From Calditrichota bacterium (GTDB lineage: Bacteria > Calditrichota > Calditrichia > JAJRVZ01): a stretch of 46,726 bases of DNA. Within the stretch, counting starts at the first letter, position 1; each line of letters starts with the position of its first letter. Made by a program: the position numbers and the translations under genes. The notes beneath the pieces were generated by a model, which searched no databases, was not told where the DNA came from, and saw nothing but the letters and a program-made list of their open reading frames with translations. Below are positions 29,126-39,305 of the stretch, piece by piece. The DNA lies in contig JAJRVZ010000080.1 in assembly GCA_024277055.1 (NCBI GenBank), positions 1 through 46,726 on the forward strand, read 5' to 3'.

Positions 29126-29776
29126 ATGGCAGTAGTAACCGTCGAACGAAAAGTACTGAAAAAAAATGAAATGGTAGCCGGGGAAAACCGAAAGATTTTC
29201 GGAGATAAGGGCATTTTTACACTAAACCTGCTCAGTTCTCCCGGCTCGGGAAAAACCTCGTTACTTGAAAAAACCCTCGAATCACTCAGCGGGAGGCTTA
29301 ACCTTGCCGTGGTTGAGGGAGACGTGCAAACCGATAACGACGCCCAACGGATTTCAGCTTATGACGTGCCCGTAGTACAGATCGTAACCAACGGCGGGTG
29401 TCATCTGGAGGCAAAATTGGTACAGGATGCGCTGCCGAATTTCAATCTCGATCAACTGGACTTTCTGATCATCGAAAATGTCGGTAATCTGGTCTGCCCG
29501 GCCAACTATGACCTCGGCGAGCACAAGAAGGTTGTATTAATAAGCACCACCGAGGGCGATGACAAACCGCTCAAGTACCCGGCCATGTTCCGCGTAGCGG
29601 ATCTGATGATCATTAATAAGATCGACCTGCTGCAATATGTGGATTTTAACCTGGAGAAAGTCATTGAAAATGCGAGACAAATAAACCCGAATCTTGAGAT
29701 TATCAGCCTGTCCTGTCGAACGGGCGAAAATCTGAAGGAATGGATTTCCTGGCTTGAAACTCAAAAAATTAAATAG
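29126..29776 (+). CDS. hypB: nickel-dependent GTPase HypB
   Basis: P-loop SSPGSGKTSLLE, metal site GGCHLEA plus NVGNLVCPA, and NKIDL. The ATG abuts the hypA stop. There is no N-terminal CXXCGC or His-rich tract. Confidence 0.92.
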   Translation: MAVVTVERKVLKKNEMVAGENRKIFGDKGIFTLNLLSSPGSGKTSLLEKTLESLSGRLNLAVVEGDVQTDNDAQRISAYDVPVVQIVTNGGCHLEAKLVQDALPNFNLDQLDFLIIENVGNLVCPANYDLGEHKKVVLISTTEGDDKPLKYPAMFRVADLMIINKIDLLQYVDFNLEKVIENARQINPNLEIISLSCRTGENLKEWISWLETQKIK

Positions 29777-29858
29777 TTTATACTTGATTTTTAATAAACA
29801 TTGATTAGATTCCATAGGATTCAGCATTAATTTCAGTAACAGTTATTCAGGAGGCAAA

Positions 29859-31268
29859 ATGCAACGGCAAATCATGCCGCTATTCATGGTTGTGTGTGTA
29901 TTACTTGTTTCAGTTTCTTCAGTGAATGCGCAGTCTGCAAAGGAGAGCCTTTTCGGGGATGTGAAAAGCATGATCGATGAGGCCCGTGACCAGGGGGCGG
30001 AATGGCTTTCGCCGGAATTTTTCAGTCAGGCTGTGGAAAATTACGAAACCGCCAATCAATACTACATCAATAATGAATCCACCCGTGATGTACGCGAAAA
30101 GCTGAACGAAGCCCGCAGGTTTTGTCAGCGGGCGATGGAAGTGATCAAACTCGGCAAAATGACCTTAAAGGAACCGATCGCCGCCCGGGAAGCCGCCATG
30201 AAAGCCCAGGCGAATGCCTATGCGGAAGAATTGTATCAGGAGGCGGAGGGACTTTTCCGGGATGCTGCGCTGGAAATTGAAGACGGCGACCTTGACGATG
30301 CCAGAGAAATCGGCAATGAAGCGGAATCCGTTTACCGCAAGGCGGAACTCAAATCGATAAAAGACCGCATTCTGGGCGAGGCACGCAGAAGACTGGCCGA
30401 TGCCACCGACATGGACGCTGCGGAGTATGCCCCGGCAACTTATAAACGCGCCGCCGACCTGCTGGATGATGTTGAAAATTTCCTGACGAATAATCGATAT
30501 GAATTTGAAACCGCAATAAAAAAGGCGAAAGAATGCGCTTACGAGGCAAATCATTCCATTTATCTGACATCGCGCATAAAAGAACTGCAGAATGATGACA
30601 AGAACTGGGAACAGATTTTACTCGAGCGGGAAGCAGACCTGCAGCGGATATCACAAAAATTCGACGAACGCGCCTTTTTTGATAACGGAACAGCGGCCGC
30701 CGTTTCGATGATCCTCAGCCGTATCGAACAAATGCAGAAAAGAAATGCCGATCTGATCGCTGAAAACGCCAAACTGCAGGACCAGTACAGCCAGGTTCAG
30801 GAAACGGCTTCAACCACATCGGCGGAATTGGAACGCAAGAAGGAACTGGAAGCCAGGATCGAAAAAGTTAAGTCGATGTTTTCTTCCAGTGAAGCAAAGG
30901 TAACTTTTGACGGAGACAATTTGCTGATCCGCCTGATCGGCCTGAATTTTCAACCGGGAAAGGCGATCATTCAACCCGAGTTTTTTTCCCTGCTGACCAA
31001 GGTACAACTGGCCCTGAAGGAATTTCCCGAGGATCATGTCCTTATTGAAGGTCATACGGACAGCAAAGGCAATCCGCGCATCAACAAACAGCTATCAGAA
31101 AAACGGGCAAAGACGGTGCGGGAGTATATTATTGCCAATTCGGGAATCAAACGTGAACAGATTACCGCTGTCGGTTATGGTGACACCAAGCCGGTAGCGT
31201 CCAACAAAACAGCGGACGGCCGGGCAAAAAACCGGCGTATCGACGTGCTGATCAGTTTGAACAATTGA
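29859..31268 (+). CDS. OmpA-family peptidoglycan-binding protein with long helical (DUF4398-like repeat/coiled-coil) N-terminal region
   Basis: Signal peptide ending VNAQS. Three helical modules of the form A..Y/LSPE/APATY...A...L..A. are followed by a coiled coil. The C-terminal OmpA_C reads GHTDSKGNPRINKQLSEKRAKTVREY...GYGDTKPVASN...NRRIDVLI. A strong SD (AGGAGG) precedes the start. Confidence 0.88.
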   Translation: MQRQIMPLFMVVCVLLVSVSSVNAQSAKESLFGDVKSMIDEARDQGAEWLSPEFFSQAVENYETANQYYINNESTRDVREKLNEARRFCQRAMEVIKLGKMTLKEPIAAREAAMKAQANAYAEELYQEAEGLFRDAALEIEDGDLDDAREIGNEAESVYRKAELKSIKDRILGEARRRLADATDMDAAEYAPATYKRAADLLDDVENFLTNNRYEFETAIKKAKECAYEANHSIYLTSRIKELQNDDKNWEQILLEREADLQRISQKFDERAFFDNGTAAAVSMILSRIEQMQKRNADLIAENAKLQDQYSQVQETASTTSAELERKKELEARIEKVKSMFSSSEAKVTFDGDNLLIRLIGLNFQPGKAIIQPEFFSLLTKVQLALKEFPEDHVLIEGHTDSKGNPRINKQLSEKRAKTVREYIIANSGIKREQITAVGYGDTKPVASNKTADGRAKNRRIDVLISLNN

Positions 31269-31272
31269 ACTG

Positions 31273-31311
31273 AAAAAGGCCATCTCTGACAGCTTTGAGA
31301 TGGCCTTTTTT
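31273..31311. terminator. bidirectional rho-independent terminator between convergent ompA-family gene and hemL
   Basis: AAAAA-GGCCATCTC-(10-nt loop)-GAGATGGCC-TTTTTT. The stem is a perfect 9 bp, flanked by an A-run and a T-run. Confidence 0.9.
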
Positions 31312-31356
31312 ATAAAACTATTTCACCGGCATCATTTTTCGTACCTGCTTGTTCTG

Positions 31357-32640
31357 TTACCCCATCGCTTTGCGCAGGGCCTTTTCCATTTTATCCAGCG
31401 TAGTATCTATATCTTGTTCACTGTGGGCGGACGATACAAACATCGCCTCGAACTGTGACGGGGCGATGTAAACACCTTCATCCAACAGATATCCGAAGAA
31501 TTTTGCAAACAGCGCTGTGTCCGATTTCAGCGCATCAGCGAATCCGGTCACTTCATTTTCCGTAAAAAACAGACAGCCCATGGAATTGACATAATTCAAG
31601 GTAAGTCCGAATCCCAGTTTTTGCATGATTGCCCGGATTCCCTCGAAGAGTTTTTCCGAAATGCGGTTCAACTCATCGAAAAAACCGTCCCTGCTTATGA
31701 GTTCAAGGGTCTTCAAACCCGCAGCGGCCGCCAGCGGGTTGCCCGATAACGTACCGGCCTGGTAAACCGGACCCGCCGGCGCAACCTGGTCCATGATTTC
31801 AGCCCGGCCGCCGTAGGCACCAACCGGCAGACCGCCGCCGATTACCTTGCCCATCGTTGTCAGGTCCGGCTGCACATCGTACAGGGATTGCGCACCACCG
31901 GGGTGTACCCGGAAACCGGTCATTACTTCATCCAGAATCAGGATTGTTCCGTACTGATCACAAAGACTGCGCAGGTTTTGCAGAAATCCCGGTTGCGGAG
32001 GGATAACACCCATATTCCCTGCGATCGGCTCGACGATTACAGCGGCGATTTCATTTTTATATGCTTCAAATAATTCGGCCACCGATTCCGCATCGTTAAA
32101 ACCGGCAATCAGGGTCAGGCCGGCCAGTTGGGAAGGCACGCCGGGGCTGTTCGGCTCACCCAGCGTCAGCGCACCCGAACCGGCTTTGATCAGAAAACTG
32201 TCACCGTGACCGTGATAGCAGCCTTCGAATTTGATGATCTTATCCCGGCCGGTCACGCCGCGGGCCAGACGAATGGCGCTCATCGTTGCCTCGGTACCGG
32301 AATTCACCAATCGCACTTTTTCAACAGATGGCACCATTTCTATTATTTTATCGGCCAGCTGTACTTCCAGCTCCGTGGGGGCGCCGAAACTGGTACCTCT
32401 GTCAGCCGCCTTTTGTACGGCAACAAGCACTTCATCGTTGGCATGTCCGACGATCATCGGCCCCCAGGAACCGACATAATCGATGTATTCACGTCCGTCC
32501 GCATCGGTAATACGGCTTCCCTTTGCCGAAGAAATAAACAGCGGGTCACGGCCGACGGAGCCAAAGGCCCGCACAGGCGAATTCACGCCGCCAGGAATTA
32601 CCTTTTTTGCCTTTTGAAACAGTTCTTTGCTTTTATTCAT
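31357..32640 (-). CDS. hemL: glutamate-1-semialdehyde 2,1-aminomutase
   Basis: 427 aa with [10 protein letters not shown], the [11 protein letters not shown] region and the class-III aminotransferase pattern. Confidence 0.95.
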   Translation of the reverse strand: MNKSKELFQKAKKVIPGGVNSPVRAFGSVGRDPLFISSAKGSRITDADGREYIDYVGSWGPMIVGHANDEVLVAVQKAADRGTSFGAPTELEVQLADKIIEMVPSVEKVRLVNSGTEATMSAIRLARGVTGRDKIIKFEGCYHGHGDSFLIKAGSGALTLGEPNSPGVPSQLAGLTLIAGFNDAESVAELFEAYKNEIAAVIVEPIAGNMGVIPPQPGFLQNLRSLCDQYGTILILDEVMTGFRVHPGGAQSLYDVQPDLTTMGKVIGGGLPVGAYGGRAEIMDQVAPAGPVYQAGTLSGNPLAAAAGLKTLELISRDGFFDELNRISEKLFEGIRAIMQKLGFGLTLNYVNSMGCLFFTENEVTGFADALKSDTALFAKFFGYLLDEGVYIAPSQFEAMFVSSAHSEQDIDTTLDKMEKALRKAMG

Positions 32641-32666
32641 TTTTATTTATTTCTCCTGATTCCGTT

Positions 32667-33638
32667 TTAACCCAGCCAGCGGGCGGCATCCTTTGCATAA
32701 TAAGTCAGTATCAAATCCGCTCCCGCGCGCTTGATGGAGGTCAGCATTTCCAGAGCCACTTTCCGCTCATCGATCCAGCCCAGCTGAGCCGCCGCTTTTA
32801 CCATTGAAAATTCACCACTTACGTTGTAAGCCGCCACCGGCAGATCGAATTGCTCGCGTACTTTGGCAATTATATCCAGATAGGGCAAGGCAGGTTTTAC
32901 CATAATAATATCAGTGCCCTCTTCCACATCCAGCGCCACTTCCTTCAGCGCTTCCCGGCTGTTGGCCGGGTCCATCTGGTAGCTGCGCCGGTCACCGAAC
33001 TGCGGCGCCGATTCCGCGGCGTCACGAAAGGGTCCGTAAAATCCCGATGCATATTTGGCCGCGTAACTCATGATCGGAACATTTTCGTAACCTTCTTCAT
33101 CCAGCGCTTCGCGGATGGCGCCGACCATGCCGTCCATCATTCCCGACGGCGCAACCATATCGGCCCCGGCGCGGACATGGGTTTTAACCTGTTCGGCAAG
33201 CATGCCGAGGGTGGCATCATTATCCACATCCCCGTTCTCAATATGCCCGCAATGGCCGTGATCGGTATATTCGCAGAAACAGACATCGGTGATCACATAC
33301 AGCTCGGGCACGGTTTCCTTTACCGTTTTGACGGCTCTCTGAATAATACCGTCATCGTTGCGCGCGTCGCTGCCGCCGGCGTCTTTCACCGCCGGTATGC
33401 CGAACAGGATGATTGCCGGGATGCCCAGTTCATAAACCTCTTTGGCTTCTTTTTCCAGGTTATCCAGCGATAACTGGAAATTACCGGGCATGGATTTAAT
33501 GGGATTTTTAATACCCCGCCCTTCCACCACAAACAACGGATAAATGAAATCGTTCGGAGTCAAAATTGTTTCCCGCACCATGCTGCGGATCTTCTTGTTG
33601 CGTCGCAGCCTTCGCGGCCGGTAATAGGGTTCGTACAT
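32667..33638 (-). CDS. hemB: porphobilinogen synthase (ALA dehydratase)
   Basis: RPRRLR start, Cys-rich Zn site [14 protein letters not shown], and active-site Lys regions ([13 protein letters not shown]). Confidence 0.95.
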   Translation of the reverse strand: MYEPYYRPRRLRRNKKIRSMVRETILTPNDFIYPLFVVEGRGIKNPIKSMPGNFQLSLDNLEKEAKEVYELGIPAIILFGIPAVKDAGGSDARNDDGIIQRAVKTVKETVPELYVITDVCFCEYTDHGHCGHIENGDVDNDATLGMLAEQVKTHVRAGADMVAPSGMMDGMVGAIREALDEEGYENVPIMSYAAKYASGFYGPFRDAAESAPQFGDRRSYQMDPANSREALKEVALDVEEGTDIIMVKPALPYLDIIAKVREQFDLPVAAYNVSGEFSMVKAAAQLGWIDERKVALEMLTSIKRAGADLILTYYAKDAARWLG

Positions 33639-33655
33639 ATTTCATCCTTTTTATG

Positions 33656-35032
33656 TTAAGATAATTTTTCGGTTATTCGCTTTACGGCTGCTTCGGCCGA
33701 AACGATACAATCCCCTACACTGATTCCGTTCAGAAAATTTCCGCTGAAATGAAGGCCGTCAATTTCCGATTCCAGATCGGCGAAAAGATGCTGGTAACGG
33801 CTGTAACCGATATTGTATTGCGGAATGGCCTTCGGCCAGCGCTTGAGAACGGTATATTTCGGCATTCCGCTGATTCCCATCAGCGCGGATAGTTCGGACG
33901 CGGCAATTTCAAGCAGTTCATCATCCGTTTTTTGCAGCAGTTCGGGTTGACGCGAACCGCCGATAAATACGGTAAACCCCGCCTCTCCGTCCGGTGCGCG
34001 TCCCGGAAATAAAGAGGAATTCCAGATGGCGCCCAAAATCTTACGGTGTTCCTTTTCCGGCACCAGAAAACCGAATCCATTCAAATCATGTTCTATCTGA
34101 TTACGGTCGTACCCCAGGAACAACACTGCCACAGGGGCGTACTCAATCCCGCCGATTGTTTCCAGTTCGGGCCAATTGAATTTTGAAAGCAGGGAAACGG
34201 TCGTTTCGGCCGGAGTGGTTATCAGAATTCTATCGTATTCGCAACGCTTGAGTTCGCCCAGATAAAGTACTTCAACTTCAAATTTTTCGTGAACGTGATG
34301 TATCGCCTCAACTGGACGTTTCAATTGAATATAGCCTTCAAGCTTTTCGGCCAGTGTATCTGTCAGCGTACTCATTCCGTTTCTGAAAGAAAACAGGCGG
34401 GCACGATCCTTTGAAACCTCTTTCGATTTTTTTCGTTCACGCGCTCCGATAATCGCTCCTTTAATCAGACTTCCATATTTCTGCTCCAAAGCATAAAGTT
34501 TTGGAAAGGCGGATAAGACACTCAGCTTTTCAGGTTTGCCGGCATAAACTCCGGCTACAAAGGGATTGATGGCATAGTCCAGAAATTCCTGTCCCAGCCG
34601 TCGGCGCACAAAATCCGCCAGTGATATATCAGTGCCGTCGGAAGGCGGTACAAAGGGTTCTTTGAGCAGGTTTAATTTTGCTTTGGTGGAAAAAAGCTTT
34701 GTTTTCAGGAATGATACCGGGCTCATCGGCAGTGGCTGCAGTATACCGTCCCGCAGGATATAGCGGTTCGCGGAAACATCCGATGCATAACACTTCTGAT
34801 CTTCCAGACCCAGATCAACAATCAGCTGTGAGATTTTCGGAGAAGTTTCCAGAGTACTGTTGGGACCCAGATCGATCAGGTAACTGTTTTCAATTTTTGT
34901 TGCAATACAGCCGCCGACACGGTCACGCGCCTCCCACACAGTAACATCCCAGCCTGCCTTTTTCAGCCGATAAGCCGCCGTCAGGCCGGAAACACCGGCG
35001 CCGATCACCGCTATTTTCTTTTTTTCAGACAT
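33656..35032 (-). CDS. hemY: FAD-dependent protoporphyrinogen/coproporphyrinogen oxidase (HemY type)
   Basis: The dinucleotide fold IAVIGAGVSGLTAAYRL...VWEARDRVGG, the 458-aa length and the operon context support this call. The start overlaps the hemH end by 8 nt. Confidence 0.85.
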   Translation of the reverse strand: MSEKKKIAVIGAGVSGLTAAYRLKKAGWDVTVWEARDRVGGCIATKIENSYLIDLGPNSTLETSPKISQLIVDLGLEDQKCYASDVSANRYILRDGILQPLPMSPVSFLKTKLFSTKAKLNLLKEPFVPPSDGTDISLADFVRRRLGQEFLDYAINPFVAGVYAGKPEKLSVLSAFPKLYALEQKYGSLIKGAIIGARERKKSKEVSKDRARLFSFRNGMSTLTDTLAEKLEGYIQLKRPVEAIHHVHEKFEVEVLYLGELKRCEYDRILITTPAETTVSLLSKFNWPELETIGGIEYAPVAVLFLGYDRNQIEHDLNGFGFLVPEKEHRKILGAIWNSSLFPGRAPDGEAGFTVFIGGSRQPELLQKTDDELLEIAASELSALMGISGMPKYTVLKRWPKAIPQYNIGYSRYQHLFADLESEIDGLHFSGNFLNGISVGDCIVSAEAAVKRITEKLS

Positions 35033-36029
35033 AGGACATTCTCCGCACCGAACGATCAGCGGTTTTGCTGTAAATAATGCGCGCCATAGCGGTAATGAAT
35101 CGTGGAGAAGTATTCAAAGCCGGAATACAGGTAAACGAATTGAAACCCAGTTTTAGCGCAAGTTTCCGGTACAAAATATCGATTTCATAAACCGTTTCCG
35201 AATTATCGGTTACAAAACTGATGGGATAAACAAACACTTCGTTTACATTCTTTCTTGCCAGTTTACGCAGCACATCCTGAATATCCGGTCCCAGCCATTT
35301 AACCGGCCCCACTTTGCTCTGGTACGCCAGGTGCATATTTATATGGTCCGGCAGTAAATGGCGAACAGCATCAAAGCTGCGGGCGATTTCCTTCCGGTAC
35401 GGGTCTCCCTGCTTTATTCGTTTTATCGGAATTCCGTGGGCACTCAATATCAAATGAGCCGTCTTTTTATTCAAAATCGTGTCCACCATGGTTGAGCGGA
35501 TCTGGTCGGTGATGGCATGAATGTACCCGGGAAAATCACAATAGGAACGTATAAACTCCACATCTCCATGAAATTTACGAGCATTTTGTGAGAGCTTCGC
35601 CAGCAGATTTTCGAAGGAACCGGTTGTTGTAGAGCTGTATTGCGGGTACTGTGAAAGAACGATCACTCTGTCGAACCGGTCAGCCAGAATCTTATTCCAG
35701 ACCTCTTCAAAAAACGGTTTCCAGTACCGCATGGCAACGAAAACACGGTGCTCATCATCGTTATGCTGATTCAGGTTTTCTTCCAGCAGCCGCGCCTGTT
35801 TTAAGGAGATTTTCAACAACGGGCTTTTACCGCCTATCCGCCGGTAGATTTCCAAAGACTCAGGCAGCCTTTTCTTAATAATTGTTTTCACAAGTCTCGA
35901 TCTGAAAAACTCAGGGACAGGAATGTCGATAATATCGGGATCATTGAAAATATTTTCCAGGAACGGTTTCACCGCTTCAAGAGAATCCGGTCCGCCCATA
36001 TTTGCCAGTATAACCGCCGTTCTGGCCAT
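35025..36029 (-). CDS. hemH: ferrochelatase
   Basis: The string TAVILANMGGPDSLEAVKPFL and the AHGIP region are present. The start is trimmed to the ATG at 36029, 1 nt after the hemN stop; the ORF-track extension would overlap hemN. Confidence 0.9.
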   Translation of the reverse strand: MARTAVILANMGGPDSLEAVKPFLENIFNDPDIIDIPVPEFFRSRLVKTIIKKRLPESLEIYRRIGGKSPLLKISLKQARLLEENLNQHNDDEHRVFVAMRYWKPFFEEVWNKILADRFDRVIVLSQYPQYSSTTTGSFENLLAKLSQNARKFHGDVEFIRSYCDFPGYIHAITDQIRSTMVDTILNKKTAHLILSAHGIPIKRIKQGDPYRKEIARSFDAVRHLLPDHINMHLAYQSKVGPVKWLGPDIQDVLRKLARKNVNEVFVYPISFVTDNSETVYEIDILYRKLALKLGFNSFTCIPALNTSPRFITAMARIIYSKTADRSVRRMSYV

Positions 36030-36030
36030 C

Positions 36031-37410
36031 TCAAATCGTCCTCGAAAAAACCGGTTTGCTTGCCGTCCTGCGGTGCAGATAGGCATCGAAACACATGGCA
36101 ATATTGCGAATGATCAAACGTCCCATTCCGGAAACTATTATTTCTCCGGGTGTCAGGGTAATCAGATCATCGTCTTCAAATTCCAGAAGCCGGTGCAGAC
36201 TGTCTTCGAAGTAAAAATCAAAATCGATGTCATATATCGACTCGATTTCCGCCTTGCGTACCCGAAAATGACACATCAGTGCTGTGATGACATCCCTGCG
36301 CAACCGGTCATCTTCAGTTAACCTGTAACCGCGCATCACCGGCAATTCACCGGCATCAAGCTTTTCATAATAGGACTGTAACGATTTCAGATTCTGAATA
36401 TACATATCCGGCAGTTGTGATATACTGCTGATGCCGAAAGAGTGCATATCCAGTCCGCTGTTTGTGGAATAGCCCTGGAAATTGCGATACAAGGTCCTGT
36501 CGTAAAGCGCCTTCACCAGTTCATCCTGCGGTTTCGCAAAATGGTCCATGCCGATGTATTCATACCCGGCCTGCTGCAGTATTTCGATGGTCAGTTTCAG
36601 GATTTCCAGTTTCGTCTCGGGCGCCGGTAAGGTTTCATCTTTAATTATCCGCTGATGTTTGATCACCTTCGGCATGTGCGCGTAGTTGAATACCGCCAGA
36701 CGATCCGGGTTCATCCCGATGACCCGCTGCAGGGTATCGGAAAAGGTTTGCGGATTCTGATAAGGCAAACCGTACATCAGATCAATATTGATACTGCTGA
36801 ATCCCAAGTCCCGCGCCCAGTCAATCGTTTGCCGTGTCATCGCTTCCGGTTGAACCCTGTTCACTGCCTGCTGCACTTTTTCATCAAAATCCTGCACGCC
36901 CATGCTGCAGCGATTGAAACCGACTTCCCGCAAGGCGGCCAGGTGTTCCCGCGTCAGTCCCCGCGGATCGATTTCAACGCTGACTTCGGCCCTTTCATGT
37001 AACGGAAACCGATCACGGATCGCTGTGCCCAAAAACCGTATCTGTTCTGGTGACAGGTAAGTGGGTGAGCCGCCTCCCCAGTGCATTTGCATCACTCTCC
37101 GGTCCTTCTGCATATATTTTTTCAGCAAATCCATCTCAGTGATTACATAGTGCAGGTAATGTTCCATTTTTACCGAATTGTGCGTTACCATCATATTGCA
37201 GCCGCAAAAATAGCAGAGGGTATCACAGAACGGTATATGAAAATACAGCGACAAATCAGGGGGAGACACTTCCGAATTGATTTCCCGTATCCGCTGAATA
37301 TAATCCTCTTCCCCGATCTCCTCACGAAAATAAGGAGCGGTCGGATAACTGGTGTAGCGGGGTCCCGGCCTGTTGTATTTGCGTATTATGTCAAGATCAA
37401 CAAATTGCAT
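36031..37410 (-). CDS. hemN: oxygen-independent coproporphyrinogen III oxidase (radical SAM)
   Basis: 459 aa with N-terminal YNRPGPRYTSYPTA and the radical-SAM cluster CDTLCYFCGC. The full-length HemN N-terminal extension argues against the shorter HemW. Confidence 0.9.
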   Translation of the reverse strand: MQFVDLDIIRKYNRPGPRYTSYPTAPYFREEIGEEDYIQRIREINSEVSPPDLSLYFHIPFCDTLCYFCGCNMMVTHNSVKMEHYLHYVITEMDLLKKYMQKDRRVMQMHWGGGSPTYLSPEQIRFLGTAIRDRFPLHERAEVSVEIDPRGLTREHLAALREVGFNRCSMGVQDFDEKVQQAVNRVQPEAMTRQTIDWARDLGFSSINIDLMYGLPYQNPQTFSDTLQRVIGMNPDRLAVFNYAHMPKVIKHQRIIKDETLPAPETKLEILKLTIEILQQAGYEYIGMDHFAKPQDELVKALYDRTLYRNFQGYSTNSGLDMHSFGISSISQLPDMYIQNLKSLQSYYEKLDAGELPVMRGYRLTEDDRLRRDVITALMCHFRVRKAEIESIYDIDFDFYFEDSLHRLLEFEDDDLITLTPGEIIVSGMGRLIIRNIAMCFDAYLHRRTASKPVFSRTI

Positions 37411-37423
37411 GTTCCCTCTCCCT

Positions 37424-38488
37424 TCACACCTTTACCCTGTTCCCGGAATGTATCATTTCGCTTTGACGATGAACTTCATCGACCAGGTACTTAACATTTT
37501 CAACCGGAACATCAGGCGTTATCCCATGCCCGAGATTGAAAACATGCCGACTGCTGTTTCCAATTGCCTCCAGCACCCTGCGTACTTCAGTGCTGATTTG
37601 TTCGCGGTTTCCGTACAGTACCGCCGGATCCAGGTTTCCCTGCAGGGCAATACGCTCATCTACTATGCTGCGGGCCTGTGCCAGGTCGGTTGTCCAGTCA
37701 ATGCCAAGCATGTCCGGCTCGCATTCGGCCAGTGCCGGCAACAGGTGGGCATTGCCTTTGCTGAACAGTGTAAGCGGTTTTCCGAAGGGTTTCAGGCGTC
37801 GAACAATTTCCCGCAGGTATCCGGCAGAAAACTCGCGAAAGGCATGAACCGGCAGTATTCCACCCCAGGTATCGAATATTTGCACCGCATCCGCACCGGC
37901 CTGTATTTGCATTGCAAGATACTCCGCCACCGCCTCGCCGAGTCTGCCAAGCAACGAATGCAATAATTGCGGCTGACGGTAAAGCATGGTTTTAATATGT
38001 TTGAAATCTTTCGTCGGTCTGCCTTCGATCATATAAACGGCCAGGGTAAATGGAGAACCGCTGAAACCGATCAGCGGCGCCCGCCCGTCCAATTCTTTCC
38101 GGATCATTCGCACCGCATCGGCAACAAAGTTCAGTTTTTCGGTAATTAATGCTGAATCCAATCCTGCCAGATGCGCATCGCTTCTGATCGCCGGCTCAAG
38201 TTGCGGACCATGATCCGGCAGAAAACTCAATTGCATGCCCATCGCCTCCGGCACTACCAGAATATCGGAAAACAGGATTGCAGCGTCGAGATCGAAACGG
38301 CGTAACGGTTGCAGAGTGACCTCGGTAGCAAGTTCCGGGGTTTTGCAGACGGTAAGAAAGTCGTATTTTTCACGGAGCGCTCGGTATTCCGGCAAATAGC
38401 GCCCGGCCTGCCGCATGATCCATATCGGAGTTCGCGCTACCGGCCGGCCGGCTATAGCATCGAGGTATAAAAATCGGTTGTCACTCAT
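37424..38488 (-). CDS. hemE: uroporphyrinogen decarboxylase
   Basis: PIWIMRQAGRYLPEYR signature, 354 aa. ATGA overlap with hemD. Confidence 0.95.
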   Translation of the reverse strand: MSDNRFLYLDAIAGRPVARTPIWIMRQAGRYLPEYRALREKYDFLTVCKTPELATEVTLQPLRRFDLDAAILFSDILVVPEAMGMQLSFLPDHGPQLEPAIRSDAHLAGLDSALITEKLNFVADAVRMIRKELDGRAPLIGFSGSPFTLAVYMIEGRPTKDFKHIKTMLYRQPQLLHSLLGRLGEAVAEYLAMQIQAGADAVQIFDTWGGILPVHAFREFSAGYLREIVRRLKPFGKPLTLFSKGNAHLLPALAECEPDMLGIDWTTDLAQARSIVDERIALQGNLDPAVLYGNREQISTEVRRVLEAIGNSSRHVFNLGHGITPDVPVENVKYLVDEVHRQSEMIHSGNRVKV

Positions 38489-39282
38489 CGCTCTGATTCC
38501 TTTCCTTCAATAAGTTCCTGCGAAAAATACTCCCCCAAAGCGGCGATCATCGCCTGAACCGAAGCGGTGCCGGCAACTACCCGTGGCCGGGCGATTCTTT
38601 CCGTCAGTTCTCTGGCCGTGCTTTGCCCGATGGCCGCCAGAACCGTTGGAGCAAAGCGTAACTGATTTACGGCGGTTTCCCCAAGAATCCGACAGAAAAA
38701 ACGGACTGCGGAAGGTGAGAAAAAGGTGATGGCATCGATCTGCCCGTTCCCGATCATCAGTTTTATGGGGCAAAGATTATCCGGCTTTGCCTGCACACTG
38801 AGATAAACGGTAACCACTTCAACCCGCGCCCCTCTTTTTGCAAGCCCTCTGCCGAGTATGGGCAACGTCAGGTTGGATGCGGGGATCAGAATACGCCTGC
38901 CGGATAATTCGATATTTTCCATCGCCTGCAGTAAACCATCCGCACCCGGTTGCCGTGGCCGAATATCCACCCGGATGTTTCGTGCCGTTAAGTAGTCGGC
39001 AGTTTTATCTCCCACGGTTGCTGTTTTAACGGATGCAGGAATCCCCTTTGAACCGTTGAGCATCAGAAAATATCTTGCCGCATTTATACTGTTGAAAATC
39101 AGCCAGTCGTAAGACTTCAGTTTATCAACGGCCTGCAGGGCCTTCACGGGATTCGGTTCGGCGATTATCTGAATCGTCGGCAATAAAAGGGGTACGGCTC
39201 CCTGCTGCCGCAGCAGACGAATAAAATCCATTGCCTGGCTGCGATCCCGGGTAATGATTATTTTTTTACCGTACAGGGACAT
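38485..39282 (-). CDS. hemD: uroporphyrinogen-III synthase
   Basis: 265 aa with a two-lobe HEM4-like pattern (IIITR...LLPTIQI...WLIFNS.NA...AIG..TA). Its position between hemC and hemE supports the call. Confidence 0.8.
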   Translation of the reverse strand: MSLYGKKIIITRDRSQAMDFIRLLRQQGAVPLLLPTIQIIAEPNPVKALQAVDKLKSYDWLIFNSINAARYFLMLNGSKGIPASVKTATVGDKTADYLTARNIRVDIRPRQPGADGLLQAMENIELSGRRILIPASNLTLPILGRGLAKRGARVEVVTVYLSVQAKPDNLCPIKLMIGNGQIDAITFFSPSAVRFFCRILGETAVNQLRFAPTVLAAIGQSTARELTERIARPRVVAGTASVQAMIAALGEYFSQELIEGKESER

Positions 39283-39305
39283 GATTATTGTACTTCTCCC
39301 AAAAT

